DNA from: an uncultured Acidobacteriota bacterium | GTDB lineage: Bacteria > Acidobacteriota > Thermoanaerobaculia > Multivoradales > UBA5704 | DNA length: 64,000 bases | Direction of reading: 5' to 3' | NCBI GenBank assembly: GCA_963770895.1 | Contig: CAVYRF010000002.1 | Span: 3,488,001 to 3,552,000 of the forward strand | Shown here: piece by piece, positions 48,410 through 57,600 of the stretch | Layout: each line of letters starts with the position of its first letter | How positions within the stretch are numbered: the stretch's first letter is position 1 | Notes under the pieces: generated by a model | The model's input: only the letters and a program-made list of their open reading frames with translations | Told to the model about the DNA's origin: nothing | Database searches by the model: none | Made by a program: the position numbers and the translations under genes

Positions 48410-49918
48410 ATGTCACCTCTCACTCGTCGTGAGCTGATTGCTGCCACGGCTGCGTCTGCGGCCTCCCTCGCCCTGCCGCGCATGTTGCGGGCGGACGACG
48501 GTCTGGCGTCGATCCAGGCCGAGATCGTGAAGCGCCATGCGGAGGGCGTGGCGCGCCTGCAGGAGTGGGTGCGGCAGCCCTCGATCGCGGCCGAAAACCG
48601 CGGCATGAACGAGGGCTGCGACCTGATGATGCGGCTGGCCCGCGAGGCCGGGTTCCAGCAGGTGCAGAAGGTGCCGACCGACGGGCAGCCGGGTGTCTTC
48701 GCGACCCTGGACGCCGGTGCGGCGCGCACCGTCGGCCTGTATTTCATGTACGACGTCAAGCAGGTCGATCCTGCGGAATGGTCGTCGCCGCCGTGGGCGG
48801 CGGCGCTGGTCGACAAGCCCGAGTTCGGCAAGGTGCTGATCGGCCGCGGTGCGGTCAATCAAAAGGGGCCGCAGGCGGCCTTCCTTGCCGCGCTGCACGC
48901 CATTCACGGCGCCGGCCGCAAGCTGCCGGTCAACCTGGTCCTGGTCGCGGAAGGCGAAGAGGAGATCGGCTCGCCGCATTTCCGCCAGGTGGTGTGGCGG
49001 CCGGAGGTAAAGGCAGCGCTGGCCCGCTGCACCGGGGTGTTCATGCCGGCGTCGTCGCAGGACCCGGACGGCACGGTGACGGTGACGTTGGGCGCCAAGG
49101 GCGTCGTCGAGCTGGAGCTGGTGGCGAGCGGCGAGAAGTGGGGCCGCGGCCCCAAAAAAGACGTCCATTCGGCCAACCGGGCGCGGCTGGACAGCCCGGC
49201 GTTCCACCTGGTGCAGGCGCTGGCGACGCTGGTGACCGCCGACGGCGACCCGGCCATCGACGGCTTTGCCGACGCCGTGCGGCCGCCCTCGGCGGCGCAG
49301 CGCCAGATGGTGGACGTGGCGGCGGCGCGCATGCAGGAGGCGACCGCCAAGCGCATGACGTCGGCGGTGCGCTGGGCGCACGACGCGGGGTGGCACGATG
49401 CGCTGACCCGCTTCGCCTTCAATCCGACGGTGAACATCGAAGGGCTGGTGGCCGGCTACACGGGCCCGGGCGGCAAGACGGTGCTGCCGCACCGCGCCGT
49501 CGCCAAGCTGGACCTGCGCCTGGTGCCCGACATGACGTTCGACGGGTCGGTTGCGGCGCTGCGGGCGCACCTGGCCAAGCGCGGCTTTGGCGACGTCGAG
49601 GTGAACCCGAGCGGCGGCTACGACCCGACCTCGACCGATCCCGGCGCGGCGGTGATCCGCGCCGCGGTTTCCGTCTACCGGCGGGCGCACATCGATCCGA
49701 TCCTGTGGCCGCGCAACGCGGGCTCGTACCCCGGCTACGTGTTCACCGGACCGACCCTGAACCTGGGGGCGGGGCATTTCGGGCTCGGCCACGGCAGCGG
49801 CGCCCACGCTCCCGACGAATACCTGGTGATCGAGTCGTCCAATCCCCAGGTGGCGGGTTGGGACGGCGCGGTGCGCTCGTTTGTCGACTACCTGTACGAG
49901 CTTGCCACCATCGCCTGA
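48410..49918 (+). CDS. Tat-exported M20/M25/M40 metallopeptidase
   Basis: TRRELI twin-arginine signal, MYDV, GRGAVNQKG, EGEEEIGS, AHAPDE. Confidence 0.88.
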   Translation: MSPLTRRELIAATAASAASLALPRMLRADDGLASIQAEIVKRHAEGVARLQEWVRQPSIAAENRGMNEGCDLMMRLAREAGFQQVQKVPTDGQPGVFATLDAGAARTVGLYFMYDVKQVDPAEWSSPPWAAALVDKPEFGKVLIGRGAVNQKGPQAAFLAALHAIHGAGRKLPVNLVLVAEGEEEIGSPHFRQVVWRPEVKAALARCTGVFMPASSQDPDGTVTVTLGAKGVVELELVASGEKWGRGPKKDVHSANRARLDSPAFHLVQALATLVTADGDPAIDGFADAVRPPSAAQRQMVDVAAARMQEATAKRMTSAVRWAHDAGWHDALTRFAFNPTVNIEGLVAGYTGPGGKTVLPHRAVAKLDLRLVPDMTFDGSVAALRAHLAKRGFGDVEVNPSGGYDPTSTDPGAAVIRAAVSVYRRAHIDPILWPRNAGSYPGYVFTGPTLNLGAGHFGLGHGSGAHAPDEYLVIESSNPQVAGWDGAVRSFVDYLYELATIA

Positions 49919-49990
49919 AGCCGGAACGGCCTGCCGTCGAGCACGCAGGTTGCGCGGGCTCGCCGGCAGGCGGATGGCCGCTACCGCGGG

Positions 49991-52771
49991 CTAGCCGCAG
50001 GGCAGCGCGCTGGTGTCCTGCACCGGCGGCGCCGCCGTCTGGTCGTCGTTGTGGTAGCTCACCGACTTGCCGGTCGTGGTGTCGGTGACGGTCACGGTGA
50101 ACGCGACGTTGGTGCCCGCGGCGTAGAAGACCCAATATTTGTTGTCGACCGCGCAGCCGTCGAGCACCTTGATCAGCATCTCGGGATTGTCCTGGGCAAA
50201 GAACCAGAACAGGCCGCCTTGGTCGACGCCCAGGGTTTGCAGCGCGATCGCCTGGCCGTCGCCCGAGCTGCCGCCGCCCTGCGCGGTGTGGTAGTGCACG
50301 CCGATCTGGAAGCGGTCGTCGATGCAGAGCGAGGTGGCGGTCGTCGTGCAGCCGGAGCCAGCCGCCACCCCCCCGGCGGGCGCAGGCGCGGGCATGGCGG
50401 CGGGCGCGGCGTCGCTGCCGGTGGTGCAGGCGAAGGCGGCGGTGTCCTGGATCGGGATGGCCGCGGTGCCGTCCTTGTTGGAGTAGACCTTGCTGCGGCC
50501 GAGCTTGGTGTCGGTAACCGTCACCTGGAAGCCGACGTTGGTGGCGGCGGAATCGAAGACCCAGAAATGCTGGTCGACGGCGCAGCCGTTGAGCACCTTG
50601 ATCAGCATCTCGGGGTTGAAGCTGTCGAAAAACCAGAACAGGCCGCCGTGGGAGACCCCGGCGGTGGCAAGCGAGATCGCCTGGCCTTTGCCGGAGCTGC
50701 CGCCGCCCTCGGTGGTGCTGTAGCTGGAGGTGATCTGCCACCGCCGGTCGCCCGGCTGGTCGTCCAGGCAGAGGGTCGTCGCCCCCGAGATGCAGCCGCT
50801 GCCGCTGAACACGTAGGCCGCCCCCTCCATGGGCTGCGCCGCGACGGTGGCGAACTCCGCGGTCACCGCCACCGTGGCGCCGTCGGCGCTCACCGCGACG
50901 GTACCGAAGAGGTCCTTGGCGACGCCGTCCGCGGCGGTCATCTTGGCCGCCTCGGTGGTGTCGGACCAGCCGGCGGCGGGCCTGACGAAGACGTACGCCG
51001 CTCCCTGTTGGGCGTGTCCGGCCACGGTGGCGTTGCCGGCTCCGCCCAGCACGGTCGTGCCGTCGCCGTCGATCGCCACCGAGTAGCCGAATTCGTCGTG
51101 CGCGGCGCCGTCGGATTCGGTCAGCTCGGCGGTCTGGGTCGCGTCGGTCCAACCGCTGGCGGGCTTGACGAAGACGTACGCCGCACCCTGCAGGGTGTGG
51201 CCCAGGATCGTGGTGCCGTTGGCGCCCGCCACGACGGTCGAGCCGTCGCCGCTGAGCGCCGTCATGTCCCCGAGCCCGTAGTCCACTTCGCCGTCGGTCG
51301 CGGTGAGCTTGGCCACCTGGGCGCCGCTGCCGCTGGCCCAGCCGCCGGCCGGCATCGCGAACACGTACACCGCCCCCTGCGCGCGCCGCCCGCCGATCGT
51401 CGCCCCCGAAGCGCCCACGGCGAGGGTGGCGCCGTCGGCGCTCACCGCGACGTTGCCGCCAAATCCGTTGTCCTTGGCGCCGTCCGCCGCGGTGAGCTTG
51501 GCCTTTTGCACCCCGGTCATCCACCCGGTGGGGGAGCGCTGGAACAGGTATGCGGCTCCCTGGAAGCTGTTGGCGCCCACGGTCGCGTCGAAGGCGCCGC
51601 CGACGATGGTCGAGCCGTCGCCGCTCACCGTGACGCAGCCGAGGTTGTCGCCTGCCAGGCCGTCGGAGGCGGTCAGCTTGGCAGTCTCATGGATGCTGGC
51701 CCAGATCGCGCCTGGCCTCAGGAAGACATAGGCGGCACCCTGGCCTTCCTGGGTCCCGATCGTGGCATAGGGGGCGGCCGCGACGACCGTCGAGCCGTCG
51801 GCGCTGACCGCTACGCCGCCCGCGTCGGTACCCAGGTAGTCGCCCGCCTGACCGTCCGATGCGGTCAGCTCCGCCGCCTGGGTGCCGTTGGCCCAACCGC
51901 CGGCCGGCCGCACGAATACGTAGACGATCCCCTGCGCATCGCGGCCGGCGACGGAAGCGCCCGGAGCCGCCACCGCGATGGTCGAGCCGTCGCTGCTGAT
52001 CGCCACGCTGCTGCCCAGGTAGAACTTGGCGCCGCCGTCCGAGGCCACCAGCTTTGCCGATTGCACGAAGGGGTCCACGGTCAGCGGATAGGTTGCGCCC
52101 GCGTCGCCGACCCGCACCACCAGGTCGCCGTGGTCGAGCGCGAAGCGAGCGGGCAGGTCGCGGCCGCGCGCGTCGTAGGCCGCCAGGCCGCCGTAGCGCA
52201 GCACCGCTTCGCCGGACGCCGCCAGCGCCACGCTGCGGCCGTCGGCCGCGATCGTGGGCCGCAGGTCGCCGCCGAGCCGCATGGCGATGCGCAGGTCGCC
52301 GCGCCCCGATGGCCGCCGGCGCACCGTCCAGCCCTGCTCGAGGCCCGCCGGGCCGTTGACGTACCATGCGGTGGCCCTGTCGTCGCCGAATTCGACCCGA
52401 TTGGCCCGGACGGTGGGCGCCGGCCGCGCCGCGAGCGGCAGCAGGCTGCCGTCGCGCCCGATCGACGCCGGCGCCAGCGCCCAGCTGCGGCCGCCCGCCG
52501 CCACGGCCAGGCCGCCGTCGCGGATGGTCGCCGTCGCCCCGCCGCGCATGGTCACGGCATAGCCGCTGCCGCCCGCGGCGGCGAACGCAAAGGCCGCATC
52601 CGACCGTCCCATGCTGGCCGAGATGAGCGACTCCAGCGCCGGCGACTGGGCGACCGGGGTCACGGCGGGTGCCGCGGCGGCGGCGGCCGCCATCACCGCA
52701 TGGAGGAGAAACAAGCTGCCGAACACGAAGACGGGCCAATCGCAAGAACGCGCTGCATTCCGTGGCGACAT
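49991..52771 (-). CDS. Secreted FG-GAP-repeat propeller protein with two copies of the Cys-bounded C-terminal domain
   Basis: Signal peptide, WYVNGPAGLEQG/YPLTVDPFVQ domain, about 7 KLTASDG..G.SVA.S.DG.T..GA..QGAAYVF repeats and two FWFF..NPEMLIKVL.GC domains. Confidence 0.85.
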   Translation of the reverse strand: MSPRNAARSCDWPVFVFGSLFLLHAVMAAAAAAAPAVTPVAQSPALESLISASMGRSDAAFAFAAAGGSGYAVTMRGGATATIRDGGLAVAAGGRSWALAPASIGRDGSLLPLAARPAPTVRANRVEFGDDRATAWYVNGPAGLEQGWTVRRRPSGRGDLRIAMRLGGDLRPTIAADGRSVALAASGEAVLRYGGLAAYDARGRDLPARFALDHGDLVVRVGDAGATYPLTVDPFVQSAKLVASDGGAKFYLGSSVAISSDGSTIAVAAPGASVAGRDAQGIVYVFVRPAGGWANGTQAAELTASDGQAGDYLGTDAGGVAVSADGSTVVAAAPYATIGTQEGQGAAYVFLRPGAIWASIHETAKLTASDGLAGDNLGCVTVSGDGSTIVGGAFDATVGANSFQGAAYLFQRSPTGWMTGVQKAKLTAADGAKDNGFGGNVAVSADGATLAVGASGATIGGRRAQGAVYVFAMPAGGWASGSGAQVAKLTATDGEVDYGLGDMTALSGDGSTVVAGANGTTILGHTLQGAAYVFVKPASGWTDATQTAELTESDGAAHDEFGYSVAIDGDGTTVLGGAGNATVAGHAQQGAAYVFVRPAAGWSDTTEAAKMTAADGVAKDLFGTVAVSADGATVAVTAEFATVAAQPMEGAAYVFSGSGCISGATTLCLDDQPGDRRWQITSSYSTTEGGGSSGKGQAISLATAGVSHGGLFWFFDSFNPEMLIKVLNGCAVDQHFWVFDSAATNVGFQVTVTDTKLGRSKVYSNKDGTAAIPIQDTAAFACTTGSDAAPAAMPAPAPAGGVAAGSGCTTTATSLCIDDRFQIGVHYHTAQGGGSSGDGQAIALQTLGVDQGGLFWFFAQDNPEMLIKVLDGCAVDNKYWVFYAAGTNVAFTVTVTDTTTGKSVSYHNDDQTAAPPVQDTSALPCG

Positions 52772-52871
52772 CCTGCCTCCAGTCCGGATAGCGGGTTCCT
52801 CCGGCGGACCCGACATAGCCTAATCTTATCAGTGAAGAACCACCGGCAATCCTGCTGACATTGCACGAAAG

Positions 52872-53456
52872 GTGATGGTAATGAAAGCATTTACAAGTTG
52901 CGCCGTGGCCATGGTCGTAGTCGCCTTCCGCCTGGCCGCCCAGCCTGCTCCGGCCGCGCCGGTGGCTCCGATGGCTCCGCTGGCTCCGCTGGCTCCGATC
53001 ACCGCTGCCGATCCGTTCCACGCTCTAGCCTTTCTGGAAGGAACCTGGGAAGCCAGGGCCCAGGGCGACCAGGGGGTGGCCGCCAGCGGCACCTACACGT
53101 TCGCGCGTGAGCTGGGGGGGCACGTGCTGGCGCGTCACAGCACCAGCGACGCGGGATGCAAGGGCCCGGCAAGCTTCGACTGCGAGCACCGCGACCTGCT
53201 GCTGGTGTACCAGGATGCGGCTGGGCAGCCGCTCAAGGCGATCTTTTTTGACAACGAGGGACACGTCATCCATTACGACGTGGCGGCGCCGGACGCGTCG
53301 ACCGCGGAGCTCCTTTCCGACCCGGCGCAGCCCGGCCCGCGGTTTCGCCTTGTCTATCAGCTGCAAGGTGGCGTGATGTCCGGCAAGTTCCAAATGCGCC
53401 TGCCGGGTCAGGCCGATTGGAAGTCCTACCTGGAGTGGAGCGGCAAGCGCAAGTAG
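52872..53456 (+). CDS. Secreted hypothetical protein (beta-barrel-like)
   Basis: Signal peptide, APx repeat linker, LAFLEGTW, FFDNEGHVIHY, YLEWSG. Confidence 0.7.
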   Translation: MMVMKAFTSCAVAMVVVAFRLAAQPAPAAPVAPMAPLAPLAPITAADPFHALAFLEGTWEARAQGDQGVAASGTYTFARELGGHVLARHSTSDAGCKGPASFDCEHRDLLLVYQDAAGQPLKAIFFDNEGHVIHYDVAAPDASTAELLSDPAQPGPRFRLVYQLQGGVMSGKFQMRLPGQADWKSYLEWSGKRK

Positions 53457-53487
53457 CGATCGCAGGACGATGCCCGCGGGCGCCGGG

Positions 53488-54477
53488 TCAGGAACGGCCG
53501 AAGCGCGAGCCGGCGGCGCGCCCCGCCGCCGCGGCGGCGGCGGAGCCGGGTGGTGCCGGCGCCGGATCCGGGGCGGGCGCCGCGTCCCCATTTGCGGCCG
53601 GCGCCGCGGACGGCGGCGCGGATGGCGGCGGCGCCGCCGGTTGCACCGGTTTGGCATTGGGCAGGGGCATGCCTTCACGGTCGAAGGCGATCTTGAGGCG
53701 CTCGATCGCCGCGCCGCGCGCGGCCTGGTAATCGGCAAGAGTGGTGGTTTTGATCCAAAAGCCGACGACGAGATCGATCGCGCTGTCGCCCGGCTCCTGG
53801 TAGAACACGTCGATGTCGCCGTCGCGGAAGGGAGCGTTGGACAGGGCCACTGACGCCACCTGTCTTGCCTTGGCCAGGTCGACTTCGTAGGCGACCTTCA
53901 GCTTGAGATCGACGCGCCGCTTGCCGCTGGTTGTAAAGTTAGTGATCACGTCCTCGAACACTTTCTTATTGGGCAGCAGCACCACCTGCCCCTGCGGCGA
54001 GCGGATCTCGGTCCACAGCAGGCTGACGTGTTCGACGGTGCCCAGGATGCCGTTGGTTTCGATCAGGTTGCCGGTCTGAAACGGCCGCTGGACGGAAAGG
54101 TAGATGCCGGCGATGAAGTTGGATGCGATGCCCTGAAACGCAAGGCTGAGGGCCAGTCCGACGATGCCGGCGCCGGCCAGCAGCGACGTCACCGCGCGGT
54201 CGAGACCGATGATTCCCAAGCTGCAGAACAGGCCGGCGGTGATCAGCACCACGTAGAACGTCTGCGCCAGCAGCTCGTTGACTTGCGGGTTTTGAGAGAT
54301 TCGCCGCAGCAGACGCAACACCACGTCGCGCGTGCCGCGGGCGACGAACCAGAACAGCACCATCACCACCAGTGCCAGCAACAGGTTTGGCATCACCAGG
54401 ATGGTGTCGCGCAGCCAGGTTGCGATCTTGCTTACAAGCAGGTCCCAGGTCTGATCCAGATGAATGAGCATAGCCAT
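53488..54477 (-). CDS. mscS: Small-conductance mechanosensitive channel
   Basis: SLLAGAGIVGLALSLAFQGIASNFIAGI..RPF..G.VE..LPN..NFT; only the 3' part of the track ORF is coding. Confidence 0.88.
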   Translation of the reverse strand: MAMLIHLDQTWDLLVSKIATWLRDTILVMPNLLLALVVMVLFWFVARGTRDVVLRLLRRISQNPQVNELLAQTFYVVLITAGLFCSLGIIGLDRAVTSLLAGAGIVGLALSLAFQGIASNFIAGIYLSVQRPFQTGNLIETNGILGTVEHVSLLWTEIRSPQGQVVLLPNKKVFEDVITNFTTSGKRRVDLKLKVAYEVDLAKARQVASVALSNAPFRDGDIDVFYQEPGDSAIDLVVGFWIKTTTLADYQAARGAAIERLKIAFDREGMPLPNAKPVQPAAPPPSAPPSAAPAANGDAAPAPDPAPAPPGSAAAAAAGRAAGSRFGRS

Positions 54478-54617
54478 GGCACTCCTCGCGGAGCGCAACT
54501 GCAAAAGCCGGGCCGGCAGCCGTTGCGCGGTTCGTGCCGGGAACGCCGCGCGTTGCCGCGGCGAGCGCGGAGAGACGACGAGCGCGCACCTATATTCAGG
54601 CGGCCAGGAGAGCTCGA

Positions 54618-57600
54618 TTGCCGGCAGATGGATGTAAAAGGCATGACGAAATCGCTGCGACTCTGCGTCGGCAGGTGGCGCGCGTTTTGGATGTCGATGC
54701 CGCACGGCTGCCGGCGGACCGCCCGCTGGTGGCGTTGGGCCTGGATTCGCTGGCCGCGGCCGAGCTCGCCGCGGCGATCGAAGAGGTCTTCGGCACGCCG
54801 CTGGAGCTTGCGGCGCTGCTTGCCGGCCCCACCCTGGACGAGCTGACCGAAAGCATTTGCGCCGCCGCGGCGCCTGCGGCTGTTGCGCCTCCCGCGGCCG
54901 CCGCGGCGCCGGCCGCCGCCGCGCCGCCAGCAGCGCCGCCGCCAGCAACCGCGGCGCCGCGGGCAACTGCGCTGCCGGCCGCGAACGATGCGGCGCCGCC
55001 GGCGGGCGAGCCGATGTCCTGGGGGCAGCGGGCGCTGTGGCTGGTCGAGCGGATGGCGCCCGACAATCGCGCCTACATCCTGGCCGGCGCGGCGCGGGTG
55101 CGCGGCGGCTTCGACGTGCCCAACCTGCGCCGTGCGGTGGCGCTGCTGGTCGAGCGCCACGCGGCGCTGCGCGCCAACTTCGTCGAGGGCGGCGACGGCG
55201 TGGTGGTGCAGGTGACGCGCGACGCGCCGGCCTACGGGTTCGTGGAGCTGGACGGCGCGGCCCTGCGCCAGGCGAGCGACCCGGAGGTGGCCGTGGCACT
55301 GGCGCGCGAGGCCTACGCGCCGTTCGACCTGGCGGCGGAGCCGCTGCTGCGCCTGGTCGTCTGCCGGCGCGGCGGCACGGATCATTGGCTGGCGCTGGCG
55401 GTGCACCACACGGTGGCCGACTTCTGGTCGATGGGGGTCCTGGTCGCTGACCTGGGCGCGCTGCTGCTCGGCAGGAGCCTGCCGCCGCCGGCCGCCACCT
55501 ACCGCGACTTCGTGCGCGCCCAGGGCGAGCTGCTGGCGTCGCCCGCGGGCGAGCGGCTGGCGGCGTACTGGCGGGAGGCGTTGCCGGCGGGGTTGCCGGT
55601 GCTCGACCTGCCCACCGACCGGCCGCGGCCGGCGCTGCAAACCTTCCGCGGCGAGACGCGCTGGTGCGAGCTGCCGGCGGCGGTCGTGGCGCGCCTGCGG
55701 GCGCTCGGCAGGCAGCACGGCGCGACCTCGTTCATGACCCTGCTGGCGGCGTTCCTGGTGCTGCTGGAGCGGCTCTCCGGCCAGCCGCGGATCCTGGTGG
55801 GCACGCCGACGTCGGGGCGCTCGTCGCCGGCGCTGGCCGGGGTGGTCGGCTACTTCGTCAACCCGGTGGTGTTGCGCGGCGACGTCGCGGGCGATCCTGA
55901 CTTCGCGACGCTGCTGTCGCGCGTGCGGCAGGAAGCGCTGGCCTCCCTGGCGCACCAGGGGATGCCGTTTCCGCTGGTCGCCGAGCGCCTGGCGGCGGAG
56001 CGCGACCCCAACCGGCCGCCGGTGTTTCAGGTCCTGTTCGGGCTCTACCGCGAGCGCCGCCGCGCCGACCAGGGGCTGGCGGGGTTCGCCCTGGGAGCGG
56101 GGGGCGTCGGGCTCCAGCTCGGCGGTGGCGGCGGCGGCGCCGGCGATGCTGGCGCTGCCGGCGATGCTGGCGATGTGGGCGCCGCCGGCGGCCTTGTCCT
56201 CGAATCGGTGGCCCTGGTGCGGCCGGGGGCGCAGTTCGATCTCAGCCTGTCGCTGGGCGAGATCGGCGGCGCGCTGGGCGCCACGCTGGAGCTCAACGCC
56301 GACCTGTTCGACGCCGCGACCGGGCTGCGCCTGCTCGGCCAGTTCACCGTGCTGGCGGCGGCGATCGCGGAGCTTGGCGCCGGCACCGGTGCCGGCGGGG
56401 TGTCGCAGCTGCCCTGGCTGACAGCGGCCGAAACGCAGCAGCTCCTGGAATGGAACGACACCGCCGCGGCGCTGCCGCGCCAGGTCTGCCTGCACCAGCT
56501 GATCGAAGCGCAGGTGGCGCGGACGCCCGGCGCGATCGCCTGCGAGGCGCCGCTTGGCGGCGGCGGCTGGGAGAGCCTCACCTATGGCGAGCTGGACGCG
56601 CGCGCGGCGCGCCTGGCCGGCCGGCTGCGCCGCCAGGGGGTGGGGCCCGAAACGGTGGTCGCGATCGCTGCCGAGCGGTCGCTGAGCCTGATCGTCGGGC
56701 TGCTCGCCATCCTGAAGGCGGGCGGCGCCTACCTGCCGCTCGATCCCGCCTACCCGCCCGACCGCCTGCGGTACATGCTGCAAGACTCGGGCGCGCCGGT
56801 GCTGCTGCGGCAGCGGCGGGCGGCGCCGGAGGATGGCGCCGGCGGCGCGCCGGCGGGCGGCCCGGCGGATTTGCCGGACCTGGCGGAGCTGGCGGCGGCG
56901 AGCGGTGTGGCGGACCTGGACCTGGACGAACCGGCAGCGGACGAGCCGTGGCAGCGGCCGGCAGTCGGCGCGCAAAACCTGGCGTACGTGATCTACACGT
57001 CGGGTTCGACCGGGCGCCCCAAGGGGACGATGAACACCCACCGCGGCATCGTCAACCGCCTGCTATGGCTGCAGGAGAAGGACGGGCTGGACGCGACCGA
57101 CCGCCTGCTGCAGAAGACGCCGGCAAGCTTCGACGTGTCGGTGCCCGAGCTGTTCTGGCCGCTCCTGGCGGGCGCGCGGCTGGTGATGGCGGCTCCCGGC
57201 GGTCACCGCGACACCGCCTACCTGCTGGCGACGCTGGCCGAGCGGCAGATCACCGTGGTGCACTTCGTGCCGGCGATGATGCGGGTGTTTTTCGAGCACC
57301 TGGCGGCGGCGGCCGGTGCCGCGGCGGGGGCGCCGGCGCTGCCGCGGCTGCGGCGCGTCCTGGCGAGCGGCGAGGCGCTGCCCTGGGACCTGCAGCAGCA
57401 GTGCGCGGCGCTCCTGGGCGTGCCGCTGCACAACCTGTACGGCCCCACCGAAGCGGCGGTCGAGGTGACGCATTGGGCTTGCGATCCGGACAGCCGGCGC
57501 CAGCTGGTGCCGATCGGCCGGCCGGTGGCCAACACCGCGATCGTGCTGCTCGATCACCGCGGCGCGCGTGTGCCGCAGGGCGTCCCCGGCGAGCTGCACA

